NCBI GenBank assembly: GCA_039799905.1
Contig: JBDLRP010000039.1
Coordinates: forward strand, 96,001 to 160,000
DNA length: 64,000 bases
Source: Pseudomonadota bacterium
GTDB taxonomy: Bacteria; Bdellovibrionota_B; Oligoflexia; Silvanigrellales; Silvanigrellaceae
Reading direction: 5' to 3'
Below are positions 33,253 through 42,470 of this stretch, one piece after another; the first letter of the stretch is position 1, and every line of letters begins with the position of its first letter. The notes under the pieces were generated by a model that had not been told where the DNA came from, made no database searches, and saw only the letters and a program-made list of their open reading frames with translations. Position numbers and translations under genes: made by a program.

Positions 33253-34200
33253 TCACACCTTGACCATTCGTGCTTTGCCAAGCAGACCCTGCGGACGCAG
33301 CAGCAAAACCAAAATCAGAATAAAAAATGCCGCACCGTCCTTGTAGGTCGAGAGGTCATAGCCAACCAACAGGCGCTCTGCGATACCAAGCACAAGCCCA
33401 CCAACCAGCGCTCCCGGAATCACTCCAATTCCACCCAGAACTGCTGCTGCGAAAGCTTTCAAGCCACTTGAAATTCCCATGAAGGGCGTGACCTGATTGT
33501 CGGCCATGCCTTGCAAAAGACCAGCGACAACTGCCAAAGCGGCGCCGATGAAGAACGTCAGCGAAATGGTAAAATCGAACGGAACACCGACAAGCCGGGC
33601 CGCATTCGGCTGCAATGCCAATGCACGGATTCCGCGTCCGGGACGCGATCTTCGCAAGAACAATTCAAGACCAATGGTCACACCGACGGCAACAAGGAAA
33701 ATCAGCAAGTCGCGATGCCTGATGACCAGATCACCCCAATCAAAAAGGCCCTCTGGCAACTGCGGCAGGACGACTTCGCCACTGCCTTTGACCGCAGCCG
33801 TCAGCCAATTCGTCACCGAACTATCAGGCAACTGTGCGGGGTAACTCTGCGGGTTGGGACCAAGAATCGCCTGAACCAAATTTTGCAGCAATAAACTCAG
33901 CCCAACCGCAGTGATCAATGGAGCGAGCTTTCCCGCTCCGCGCAGGGGTTTGTAGCAGAGCCGCTCCATGATGACCGCAAACAAGCCGACAAAGGTCATT
34001 CCCAAGGCCAGCGCCATCGGCCACGGCAGGCCCAGCGAGATAGCGTACATAACGAAGTACGCGCCCACCATGAACAATTCGCCGTGGGCAAAGTTAACGA
34101 GCTGCAGCACTCCGAAAACCATCGAGTAGCCAAGAGCGATGAGTGCGTAAACGCTCCCCACCGCGAGCCCGTCGACGATGTATTGAATGAGGTCAAACAC
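33253..34200 (-). CDS. livH: branched-chain amino acid ABC transporter permease
   Basis: GSVYALIALGYSMVFG, NFAHGE, KAFAAAVLGGIG, RPQGLLG. Confidence 0.94.
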   Translation of the reverse strand: MFDLIQYIVDGLAVGSVYALIALGYSMVFGVLQLVNFAHGELFMVGAYFVMYAISLGLPWPMALALGMTFVGLFAVIMERLCYKPLRGAGKLAPLITAVGLSLLLQNLVQAILGPNPQSYPAQLPDSSVTNWLTAAVKGSGEVVLPQLPEGLFDWGDLVIRHRDLLIFLVAVGVTIGLELFLRRSRPGRGIRALALQPNAARLVGVPFDFTISLTFFIGAALAVVAGLLQGMADNQVTPFMGISSGLKAFAAAVLGGIGVIPGALVGGLVLGIAERLLVGYDLSTYKDGAAFFILILVLLLRPQGLLGKARMVKV

Positions 34201-34214
34201 CAGAACATAACCCT

Positions 34215-34255
34215 CAAAAATTCAGGGGGAAGGCCTCCAAATGGAAAGCCTTCCC
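34215..34255 (-). terminator. hairpin or partial terminator between livK and livH
   Basis: gggaaggc/gccttccc stem with an inner tcca/tgga pair; T tract shortly downstream on the minus strand. Confidence 0.6.
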
Positions 34256-34280
34256 GACAGTCAACTGCGACGGGTTTGAA

Positions 34281-35438
34281 TTATGGGTTGACGCGGGTCA
34301 GGAATTTGAATTCCTTTTCAGTCGTCTGAACAATCACAGCAGGCTTGACCGCATTGCGGTTCGCATCAAGCGTGATGGTTCCCGTGATACCGTCGAAGTT
34401 GCGCATGCCGGCAATCGCGTCGCGAATCTTGCTTGGGTCGTTCGAGCCTGCCTTTTTAACAGCGGCGCGCATGAAGAAACCGGCGTCATAACCAAGGGCT
34501 GCCATAGCTCCAGGGTTTTCCTTGTTGCGGGTCTTGTACTCTTTCACAAACTCCTGAACGCGCGGATCGGTGTCGTCGGCAGCGAAGTGACTTGAAACGT
34601 AATGGCCTGTGGCTGCTGCAGGGCCGGCAATCTTGAACAGGTCAGGACTATCCCATCCATCTGTTCCGAGGAACTTGGTATTGAGCTTCAGCTCTTTTGC
34701 CTGACGCAGAATTGAACCCACCTGTGTGTAGTACCCGGGGATAAAGACAACGTCCGGCGCTGCCTTGCGCACCTTGATGAGCTGAGTTTTGAAGTCGCGG
34801 TCTTTTTGCGAATAAGAAATGACCAAATCGTCTTTGATGGTCCCGCCTGCCGCAATAAATGCCTTCTTGAATGAATCACGCAGTCCGCGGCTGTAATCGG
34901 AGTCGGAGTCAACCAAAATGGCAGCCGTCTTGGCCTTGAGAGTTGTGGTCGCAAATTTCGCCATCACCGCACCTTGAAAACTGTCGACAAAACAGATGCG
35001 CGAAATGAAATCCTTGCCTGCTGTGATCGTGTCGTTGGTCGACGCGTGGGTCATCAGCGGAATTTTTGCTGACTGAGCAGCGGTCGACGCAGCAATCGTG
35101 TTTGAGCTGGCAACTTCGCCGATGATCACATTGACCTTGTCAGTCGAAATGAGCTTGTTGACGGCGGCAGCCGACCCCGACGGAGTCCCTTGGGTGTCTT
35201 CGACCTGAAGCTTGACCTGCGGTGCGTCCTTGCCGGCTTTTTCAAGAGCGAGCTTGAGCCCGTTGAGTGATTCCTGGCCGAAGGTGGCTTTGTCACCTGT
35301 CAGGGGCAAGATGACCCCAACTTTAACTTCACCAGCCGCAGCACTTGCCAAAGAAGAAATTCCCAGACCAAGCGAGCAGAGAGCGGCTGACAAAACTGTA
35401 AGTGCAACGCGGCGCGACGGATGACTGTGCATGGTCAT
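34281..35438 (-). CDS. livK: branched-chain amino acid ABC transporter substrate-binding protein (LivK/LivJ family)
   Basis: Signal peptide; VGVILPLTG, RICFVDSFQG, GTDGWD, ALGYDA. Confidence 0.9.
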   Translation of the reverse strand: MTMHSHPSRRVALTVLSAALCSLGLGISSLASAAAGEVKVGVILPLTGDKATFGQESLNGLKLALEKAGKDAPQVKLQVEDTQGTPSGSAAAVNKLISTDKVNVIIGEVASSNTIAASTAAQSAKIPLMTHASTNDTITAGKDFISRICFVDSFQGAVMAKFATTTLKAKTAAILVDSDSDYSRGLRDSFKKAFIAAGGTIKDDLVISYSQKDRDFKTQLIKVRKAAPDVVFIPGYYTQVGSILRQAKELKLNTKFLGTDGWDSPDLFKIAGPAAATGHYVSSHFAADDTDPRVQEFVKEYKTRNKENPGAMAALGYDAGFFMRAAVKKAGSNDPSKIRDAIAGMRNFDGITGTITLDANRNAVKPAVIVQTTEKEFKFLTRVNP

Positions 35439-35576
35439 GGGAACTCCTGTGTGGCCCTGGTAATGTTCCGTAGGGCAGAACTCTGGTTTATGAACATGAA
35501 GACCTATCTGGTATGTCACCAGAGTCGGGAAATTTCAAGTGACTCAACACCGGACTGCACGCCAGAGGGGCATCCA

Positions 35577-37433
35577 ATGCGCATTTGTATCGCACAAACC
35601 CGTATCAAAGCCGCAGCACCTGAAGACAACTTCGCCGAAATCGAAAAAGCAATCGCGCAGGCACACTCAGAACAGGCAGACGTGATCATTCTCCCAGAGA
35701 TGGCATTGCCGGGATACTTTGTCGGCGACGGTTGGGAACGTCCCGCGTTCATCCAAAAGTGCGAGGATTTCAATCACCGCATTGCAGCACTGAGTGGCGA
35801 TGCGGTGGTGATTTTTGGCAGTGTCGCAACAGATCCGCGCGCACGCAATGAAGACGGCCGATTGCGAAAATTCAACGCGGCGCTTATCGCCCAGAATGGA
35901 AAATTGCTTAATAATCCCTGTATCGGCATGCCGTTTTGGCCAAAAACTTTGATGCCCAACTACCGTGAATTCGACGACTCGCGGCACTTTTTTGATACGC
36001 GCAAGCTGGCGGCCGAGCGCCAACAAAGCATTCAATCTCTGCTTAAGCTCTTTACGCTCACACTGCGCAACGGCCAGACTCTGCGGCTTGCGCTCGGCAT
36101 CTGTGAGGACGCATGGTCAGACGACTACCCGCTCAATCCCTACGAACTCATGAGCTCCCACGGCGAAAAACCGGATTTAATGGTGAATATCAGTTGCTCA
36201 CCATTCACACTTGGAAAACACGCTCGAAGAAAGAAGCTCTTTGCCGGACTGAGTAACAAATTTTCCTGTCCAGTGGTTTACGTGAACGCCGTCGGCTCGC
36301 AGAATGTCGGCAAAACTATCTTCACTTTTGACGGTGACAGCGGAGTTTACACGCCCTCCGGATTTCATGGCATTGCACCAGCGTTTGCAGCCGCAACGCG
36401 CACGCTCGACCTGCAGTCGGTCGCAAACACGACCATCGCAGATGAACGCCCGTTGTCCGAAAGTTCCGCACGCAACGAAGAATTGCTGACTGCGCTTGAG
36501 GCCGGTCTTTCCTTTGTCAAAGATGAGTGGAAGCTCGAAAAGGTTGTCATCGGTGTGAGCGGCGGCATCGACTCCGCCCTGTCTGCGGTTTTGCATGCAC
36601 GAGTCTTTGGTGCGCAAAATGTTTTCTGCGTGAACATGCCGTCGCGCTTCAATTCACAGCTTACGATTGGTGCGGCGCAAAAATTAGCAAAAAATCTTGG
36701 CTGTTCTTTCGCATCGCTCAGTATCGAGGAATCCGTCCAACTCACCCTCAACCAACTCGACGATGCCCGACAGCAGGGTTTACCCTTGCCGAGCCTACTC
36801 AATCCGCTCGTTGCAGAAAATATTCAGGCGCGCGACCGCGGATCGCGGATTCTCTCGGCAACCGCATCCGCTCTTGGAGCGGTTTTCCCCTGCAACGCAA
36901 ACAAGTCGGAAACGACCGTGGGATATTCGACCCTGTATGGCGATCACGCGGGCTATCTCGCACCCATCGCTGACCTATGGAAGAGCGATGTGTATGGCCT
37001 CGCGAATTTCTACAACCAAGAAATTTTTTCTCGCGAAGTCATTCCGGCAGAAACAATGCAGGTCATCCCGAGTGCCGAGCTCTCTGCGGAGCAAGACGTC
37101 GCGCAGGGCAAGGGTGACCCGCTCTGCTATCCCTACCACGATGCGTTGTTCAGACTCTGGGTCGAAGAATGGAACCGTTTTGACTTCGACAGCACGCTTG
37201 CAGCCTATGATGACGGTACGCTGAAAAATCGACTCTCTGATGAAGCTGTTCAGCATCTGAATCGGCTCTTTCCGACGCGGGAAGAATTCAAGTCTGATCT
37301 CAAACGCTGGTGGAATGCCTACACCGGCATGGGTGCATTCAAGCGAGTTCAGGCTCCTCCTGTTCTGGCAATCACGCGCCGCTCTTTTGGATTCGACCAC
37401 CGCGAATGCGTGGGCTTTCCCAGACAGTTGTAG
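35577..37433 (+). CDS. nadE: glutamine-dependent NAD+ synthetase
   Basis: Nitrilase domain (LPEM, K..MPNYREFD, ICED) fused to a synthetase domain (GVSGGIDS, ENIQARDR, NKSE, PSAEL). Confidence 0.95.
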   Translation: MRICIAQTRIKAAAPEDNFAEIEKAIAQAHSEQADVIILPEMALPGYFVGDGWERPAFIQKCEDFNHRIAALSGDAVVIFGSVATDPRARNEDGRLRKFNAALIAQNGKLLNNPCIGMPFWPKTLMPNYREFDDSRHFFDTRKLAAERQQSIQSLLKLFTLTLRNGQTLRLALGICEDAWSDDYPLNPYELMSSHGEKPDLMVNISCSPFTLGKHARRKKLFAGLSNKFSCPVVYVNAVGSQNVGKTIFTFDGDSGVYTPSGFHGIAPAFAAATRTLDLQSVANTTIADERPLSESSARNEELLTALEAGLSFVKDEWKLEKVVIGVSGGIDSALSAVLHARVFGAQNVFCVNMPSRFNSQLTIGAAQKLAKNLGCSFASLSIEESVQLTLNQLDDARQQGLPLPSLLNPLVAENIQARDRGSRILSATASALGAVFPCNANKSETTVGYSTLYGDHAGYLAPIADLWKSDVYGLANFYNQEIFSREVIPAETMQVIPSAELSAEQDVAQGKGDPLCYPYHDALFRLWVEEWNRFDFDSTLAAYDDGTLKNRLSDEAVQHLNRLFPTREEFKSDLKRWWNAYTGMGAFKRVQAPPVLAITRRSFGFDHRECVGFPRQL

Positions 37434-37484
37434 CAGCATGTCAAAAAACCTTAATTGACGCCTATAAGTCACTCGTCAGACAAT

Positions 37485-37516
37485 CTCCTCAGGTTGAATA
37501 TTTTCAACCTGAGGAG
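37485..37516. promoter_or_regulatory. perfect 14-bp inverted repeat overlapping the RBS of the 37523 gene
   Basis: ctcctcaggttgaa-tatt-ttcaacctgaggag; TTGACG-N18-GACAAT immediately upstream. Confidence 0.7.
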
Positions 37517-37522
37517 GAAATC

Positions 37523-37984
37523 ATGCTGACAAAAATTTCGCTCGGTGTCGCGGCTGTCATGGTCTCAAGCGCGTGCGTAAAGAATCAATATGATTTACAA
37601 ATGCGTCTCCTCTCGGAGGGCAAGGAAATTTCCGCCCCGCGTGTGACTGTTCGAGAGGGCGAGAAGGCGACCATCATTGAAGAATCAGCCAATAAAAAGA
37701 CACAAATCGATGTTCTCGCAAAAGAACTACAAAACTCGATTGCTCTTGATGTGAACGTGCGCACCAGCGAAACCGGTCAGACGGGCAGCCTTGTGCATAC
37801 CGGAAGTTTTTTGATTAATGTTACGCCGAATGAAAAAGCACAGATAAACTTCAACAAAGATCAGACGGATAGTGCGAAGTTCATTTCCACCCTTGAGATC
37901 ACCGCGAAAAAGAGAGAAACAGCACCTCAGCTCACGACGGCAGGAAATTCAACTCTGACCAGAAGGGTGAATGATTTGAAGTAA
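37523..37984 (+). CDS. small hypothetical lipoprotein
   Basis: GAGGAGG RBS; lipobox SSAC; ISAPRVTVREGEKATI resembles a secretin-type beta motif. Confidence 0.7.
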   Translation: MLTKISLGVAAVMVSSACVKNQYDLQMRLLSEGKEISAPRVTVREGEKATIIEESANKKTQIDVLAKELQNSIALDVNVRTSETGQTGSLVHTGSFLINVTPNEKAQINFNKDQTDSAKFISTLEITAKKRETAPQLTTAGNSTLTRRVNDLK

Positions 37985-37988
37985 TCAT

Positions 37989-38261
37989 TCACCGGCGCGG
38001 AAAATATTTCTTCAGCAGATCGTTGTCTTTTTTCCATACGCGGCTGCCGCGCGTGACCGTGGCGATACCCACACGCAGCTTCTCCGAAATTTCTCGCTGC
38101 GGCACGCCCTGAGCCAACCCGTCGAGAATTTCGAGACGCTGCACAAGTGCTTCAATTTCAGACGGCGTCAGCAATGATCTGAGAAGATTCATTGAATCAT
38201 CAAGATTTGCGCGGCGAATAAATTGAGTGAGTGCTGAAATGGAAGGTTCAGTGGCGTCCAT
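37989..38261 (-). CDS. TrpR/YerC/YecD-family helix-turn-helix regulator
   Basis: LLTPSE...QR, QREISEKLRVGIATVTRGS. Confidence 0.88.
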   Translation of the reverse strand: MDATEPSISALTQFIRRANLDDSMNLLRSLLTPSEIEALVQRLEILDGLAQGVPQREISEKLRVGIATVTRGSRVWKKDNDLLKKYFPRR

Positions 38262-38352
38262 GGTCTCTCCGGCGATGTCGTTTGAGCGGGGACCATGCCA
38301 AAGCCTGCGCTCGGCTCACAAGCCATTGTACGGAAATTTCGGCAGATTGAAC

Positions 38353-39189
38353 TCAGCCTGCCTTGGGGGGCAGTTCGACAGGACGCACTTCGGTTGCAGC
38401 GTCCGCCACAAGGGCGGCTTCCGACAGGTGGTCAGGCTGCGAACGCGACACATAGCACACCGTATCCACGTAAGTGACGACGTTCTTCAGGAAATGCCGG
38501 CGGGCGCGGACAACACATTTGTTTCGCGAAATATCCAGATTCAGCACCGGATCGCGGGCCTCACCGCGGCGGTAGATCTTGAGGCGAAGAAAATCGACCT
38601 TTGGATCGGGGTCAAATTCAATCACAGCGGCTTTGAACTCATCCCACTGGTACTTGTGCTCGCGGAATCGAGTACAGACGCGTAGTCCCGTCAATCCGAC
38701 CATGATTCGCTTGATGCCCGTCATCTGGATGACCGCAAGCCACAAAGACGGAAGCAAAACGAGAAAGAAGAATGACAAAGCCATCGCCATAACTTCGTTT
38801 GCATTGGAGAAGTTCACCTGCGAACTCGAAATGAGGAAGAGCGCGCAGCCCATGAGTCCTACGATAGACACCCACAACTGACTGCCAGGAAAGGCATAGT
38901 ACCAGCGCCCCTCGGAGGTCAGCTCACTAAACAAGACCGCCTCACGCTCTTCGCTCGCACGCTGTTCGATTTCCTGCACAACTTCATCTGTTGGATTGGG
39001 AAGCTGGGAGAGCGCAATCAGAGCCTGATAGGATTCTTCAAAGCGTCCCCAAGAATCAAGGATTTTGGCCTTCATTCTCAGAGCTTCGGGATTGCGTGGC
39101 GCCAGATCCAGCAGGTTGTCCAGAATCTGGAGTGCACCCTGCCCGTCGCCCGCGTCGTAAAGTTTTCGCGCTTCATTTACATGCTTCAT
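38353..39189 (-). CDS. TPR-containing membrane protein (TPR, 2 TM helices, soluble C-terminal domain)
   Basis: LDLAPRNPEALRMKAKIL TPR; two hydrophobic helices. Confidence 0.75.
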   Translation of the reverse strand: MKHVNEARKLYDAGDGQGALQILDNLLDLAPRNPEALRMKAKILDSWGRFEESYQALIALSQLPNPTDEVVQEIEQRASEEREAVLFSELTSEGRWYYAFPGSQLWVSIVGLMGCALFLISSSQVNFSNANEVMAMALSFFFLVLLPSLWLAVIQMTGIKRIMVGLTGLRVCTRFREHKYQWDEFKAAVIEFDPDPKVDFLRLKIYRRGEARDPVLNLDISRNKCVVRARRHFLKNVVTYVDTVCYVSRSQPDHLSEAALVADAATEVRPVELPPKAG

Positions 39190-39239
39190 AAAGCCTGTTT
39201 CGGCGAAAACTGGGGAATTATGAGCATCCAACAGCCACG

Positions 39240-39275
39240 AAAATGCCGCCGAGCCAAGCGGCTGGCGGCATTTTC
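39240..39275 (-). terminator. intrinsic terminator after rplI
   Basis: aaatgccgcc...ggcggcattt GC-rich stem flanked by A/T tracts. Confidence 0.75.
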
Positions 39276-39308
39276 GTAGAAAAACAAGGAAACTCAAAAT
39301 CTTGAGGA

Positions 39309-39755
39309 TTAACCCTGTGCAACAACCCAGATCTTGAATTCAGCTGCAACTTCTGGGTGGAGTTTGACCGAACCACGGTACACGCCGACGCGTTTGATGT
39401 CGTCGAGGATGCTGATGGCGCGACGGTCGAACTCAAAACCTTCAGCCTTGAATGCCTCAGCGAGCTCTTGAGTCGTGACAGTTCCGAAGATTTTGTCCTC
39501 TTCACCGACAGCCTTTTGAACGGTCAGCGAAACTGAGCCGATTTGAGCAGCCAGCTCTTTTGCTGTGGCGAGAGCCTTGGCTTTGCCAAGCTCAGCCAAG
39601 CGCAGCTGGTGGTCCAGCTGTGACTTGTTTCGGGCATCCGCGAGGATTGCCATCTTGCGTGGAAACAAGAAGTTACGGGCATAGCCAGCCTTGACCTTCA
39701 CAAGGTCACCGATATGGCCAAGGTTTGGGACGTTTTGTTGAAGAAGAACCTGCAT
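39309..39755 (-). CDS. rplI: 50S ribosomal protein L9
   Basis: LGHIGDLVKVKAGYARNFLFP, KIFGTVT, KLHPEV. Confidence 0.97.
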   Translation of the reverse strand: MQVLLQQNVPNLGHIGDLVKVKAGYARNFLFPRKMAILADARNKSQLDHQLRLAELGKAKALATAKELAAQIGSVSLTVQKAVGEEDKIFGTVTTQELAEAFKAEGFEFDRRAISILDDIKRVGVYRGSVKLHPEVAAEFKIWVVAQG

Positions 39756-39808
39756 GAGTTTGACCTCGGTCGTGAATCGTCGTCTATCCGAAAAACGGAA
39801 ACATCCGC

Positions 39809-41149
39809 CTACACCGCATTTTTGGTTTTGGCAAGCCGCTTTCTAAAATCATATGCATTATCGAGCAAGCCGAGCACCGCAAGAAGAGCGACCAGAGTCA
39901 GAGCTCCCCCCTGCAAGCCGCTCACCAACAGCAGAACCACAAAGATGACTGCAAGTGCGGGCAATGGCCTGACGCGCGCGTGAATCACCAATGCCCCTTG
40001 CACAGCAAGTGCGGTGAGTGTCCCGAGTGCGAAGAGCGCAGCCCAGACCAACCACTCACCCAGCGGCGCTGCTGGCCACCAGTCTGCAGGCAATGCATCG
40101 GTCTTCCATAGGCTTGCCACGTATACCAATAGAGCCAATGCAGGCAGCGAGGCCCAAAGCGGAACAGCGAACTCACGCGTGTTCCAGCCCTTCCCGCTTG
40201 TGAAATTGAATCTGAAGCCAAGAACGTCGGTGGCTCTTCCGGGGGTCGGCTCGCGCAGGAATTTGCGCAGGAAAACACTGAAGCCTGAAGAGGCTGCCCG
40301 AGGCACGGCGGAAGGGACCTTCTCGTGCCCTTCGATACCAACTCCCAGCGTCCCAGCCTCTCCCCGCAGCCTTTTGCCGGCAGCGAGCCCGCTGAGATTT
40401 TCTTGCGTTTGCTCAAGCAAATCGACCATCTGCTTGGGAAACTCGCCTGTTCTCTGCAGCACGTAGGCGATGACACCGCGAATGCGCTCTGCCTGAGAAA
40501 AGGCAACATCGATCAGCACTACAGTACCCAGCAACGATGCCAAGATCGACACCGACAACGCGCCGCTTTCGCCAAAGAGAAGTAAGGCAAGTCGCTGCCA
40601 GTCGGCGAAGTCGACAAACTTTTGCAGAACTTCGAGAAACTGCGATGACGCAAGCTGTTCGAACATCTGCTCCTTGTTGAGCCCCTGCCGTTCGGGAAGA
40701 CGGTTCAGTTCTGCCTTGACCCATTCGCGCACGTTAATTCCTCGCGGAATCTGCAGCAAACCGCTGACGAAGAACACAACTGGCAGGGCAAGCACACCCG
40801 TCGCAATCCAAACTGGTTTGTTGCGAGACCTGATCACCAACACAATCGCAAGCAGGGGCGCACTGAACAACCCCGTCATTCCGGCCATTGCAAAAGCCGG
40901 AGCCTGAAGAACTATGCCGAGCGCATACAGCGAAAAGGAAACCGCGGTGAGAAGAAAAATCGAGGTTCTGACGCGCAGAACCGAGGCCACCTGCGCCACG
41001 TGATAAGCGGCGAGCGGCAGAACAAAGGCCAAAAGGCTTATCGCAATCAGGATTCCCGTGAAGAGAAGACCCGCGGAACGCTTCTGCGCCGCGGGCCTTT
41101 GCTGGGGATTTCCTGATGGGATCTGCTTCCAATCGGGAATTTGATTCAT
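39809..41149 (-). CDS. polytopic membrane protein, probable divergent DUF2232/YybS family
   Basis: Located between rpsF and rplI; C-terminal GLLDNAYDFRKR; multiple TM helices. Confidence 0.65.
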   Translation of the reverse strand: MNQIPDWKQIPSGNPQQRPAAQKRSAGLLFTGILIAISLLAFVLPLAAYHVAQVASVLRVRTSIFLLTAVSFSLYALGIVLQAPAFAMAGMTGLFSAPLLAIVLVIRSRNKPVWIATGVLALPVVFFVSGLLQIPRGINVREWVKAELNRLPERQGLNKEQMFEQLASSQFLEVLQKFVDFADWQRLALLLFGESGALSVSILASLLGTVVLIDVAFSQAERIRGVIAYVLQRTGEFPKQMVDLLEQTQENLSGLAAGKRLRGEAGTLGVGIEGHEKVPSAVPRAASSGFSVFLRKFLREPTPGRATDVLGFRFNFTSGKGWNTREFAVPLWASLPALALLVYVASLWKTDALPADWWPAAPLGEWLVWAALFALGTLTALAVQGALVIHARVRPLPALAVIFVVLLLVSGLQGGALTLVALLAVLGLLDNAYDFRKRLAKTKNAV

Positions 41150-41190
41150 GCTGAACGTCTCTCAGAGTTAGCCAGCAGGACGAAGGGCAA

Positions 41191-41613
41191 TCACTCTTCG
41201 TCACGTCCGCCGCGGCGAGCCGACATGGAGTCGCCTTCAGCGCGCTCGCGAGCCTGTTCAGCTGCTCTTGTCGCAGCCGCTTCAGCCTGCTTCTGCAGCT
41301 CAACACGGCGAGCTTCGATGTTGACCTTGTCGGCCAGCTTGATGATGAGGCTGCGCAGGACGTTTTCGTCCAGCTTCAGGATACGCTCGAGCTCGCGCGC
41401 GTTGACTTGCTCGGTCGCAACGTCAAACACATGGTACACGCCGCGTGTCACCTTGTTGATGGGATACGCGAGCTTACGCACGCCCCATGTATCCTTGCGG
41501 ATGATTTGACCGCCATTGTTGGCGATAATACCTTCCCAGCGGGTCAGCATTTTGCTGAGCTCTGCTTCTGGAAGGTCAGGTTTGGTGATGATCATTGCTT
41601 CGTATTCGCGCAT
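41191..41613 (-). CDS. rpsF: 30S ribosomal protein S6
   Basis: MREYEAMII, WGVRKLAYPINK..GVY, VLRSLIIK; AAGGAG RBS. Confidence 0.97.
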   Translation of the reverse strand: MREYEAMIITKPDLPEAELSKMLTRWEGIIANNGGQIIRKDTWGVRKLAYPINKVTRGVYHVFDVATEQVNARELERILKLDENVLRSLIIKLADKVNIEARRVELQKQAEAAATRAAEQARERAEGDSMSARRGGRDEE

Positions 41614-41621
41614 TTCAAAAA

Positions 41622-41682
41622 CTCCTTCTGGATCGCTGCATACACACGTGAGCCCCTGCCTAACATTTGCAGGGGCAAGGAG
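41622..41682 (-). ncRNA. rpsF leader (S6:S18-type cis-regulatory RNA)
   Basis: Minus strand CTCCTT-GCCCCTGC-loop-GCAGGGGC...AAGGAG: anti-SD/SD pairing around an inner hairpin, as in the known S6:S18 leader. Confidence 0.7.
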
Positions 41683-42469
41683 ATTACTCAGGCCGACCCG
41701 CATAACCGCTCTTAAGGAGACATGCAAGCTTTCTTGGCCCTCACTCGGTTTAATTCCCCTGCTCCTGTCTATTTCGCAGCCGGCAAGCGCCTCGGCCGAT
41801 GGCGGAACCGGTCCAAAACCCTCTTCTCGAAAATGCACTGCCTCACTCCCTTTGAGCGCGTCGATTGCCGGTGTGTTTGCGGCCGATTGGCGCTGCAAGG
41901 GAACCTTTCAATGGACCATTCAGGCAGGGATAGTGGGATTCGCCTGGAAGAGATGGCTTCCCTACGCGACGGGCAAACTTGCCGTGGGGTATCCGCCGGA
42001 GCATCCGGGCCCCGCAGCGGGTCATCAGCCGACAAGTTCCAACTGGCAGATGGTCGGGCAGGTCTCCTACGTTTTTCTACCAGACGGAGCGTTTGCAAAC
42101 CTCGACAGACTTGCCGCGCGTTCTTCGATCACCACTCCAGCACTGCAGCAGTGGGGTCTGCTGGCAGACGCCGATGCTTCGCTGACCCTGCGTTTGAATG
42201 CAGAGGATAAAAACTCGTTCTTCAATTCCTACTCAATCAAACTCTGGCAAACCCTGCCGCCGCAATGGCGGACGCTGGGTGCACTGCGCGATACACGCGA
42301 TGCCGAACTGCAGGGCCTCATTTTTCAGACTCATCTCGACAAAGACAACTGGAGCGGAACATTCGGCGTCGGGCGGATGGCGATTGCCCTCGATAAAATC
42401 TCGCTGTCATTCTTTTACCCGAAGGCAGAGCTGACCTATCATCTGCAAAGTTCATCCACTCCGCTCTGA
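41648..42469 (+). CDS. hypothetical exported, outer-membrane-like protein (start uncertain)
   Basis: Signal-like LGLIPLLLSISQPASA; aromatic-rich amphipathic strands; stop abuts the next gene. Confidence 0.55.
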   Translation: MSPCLTFAGARRLLRPTRITALKETCKLSWPSLGLIPLLLSISQPASASADGGTGPKPSSRKCTASLPLSASIAGVFAADWRCKGTFQWTIQAGIVGFAWKRWLPYATGKLAVGYPPEHPGPAAGHQPTSSNWQMVGQVSYVFLPDGAFANLDRLAARSSITTPALQQWGLLADADASLTLRLNAEDKNSFFNSYSIKLWQTLPPQWRTLGALRDTRDAELQGLIFQTHLDKDNWSGTFGVGRMAIALDKISLSFFYPKAELTYHLQSSSTPL

Positions 42470-42470
42470 A

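Noticed and set aside
37989..38261. trp operon regulation by a true TrpR
   Set aside because: No trp genes, leader peptide or clear trp operator in the window
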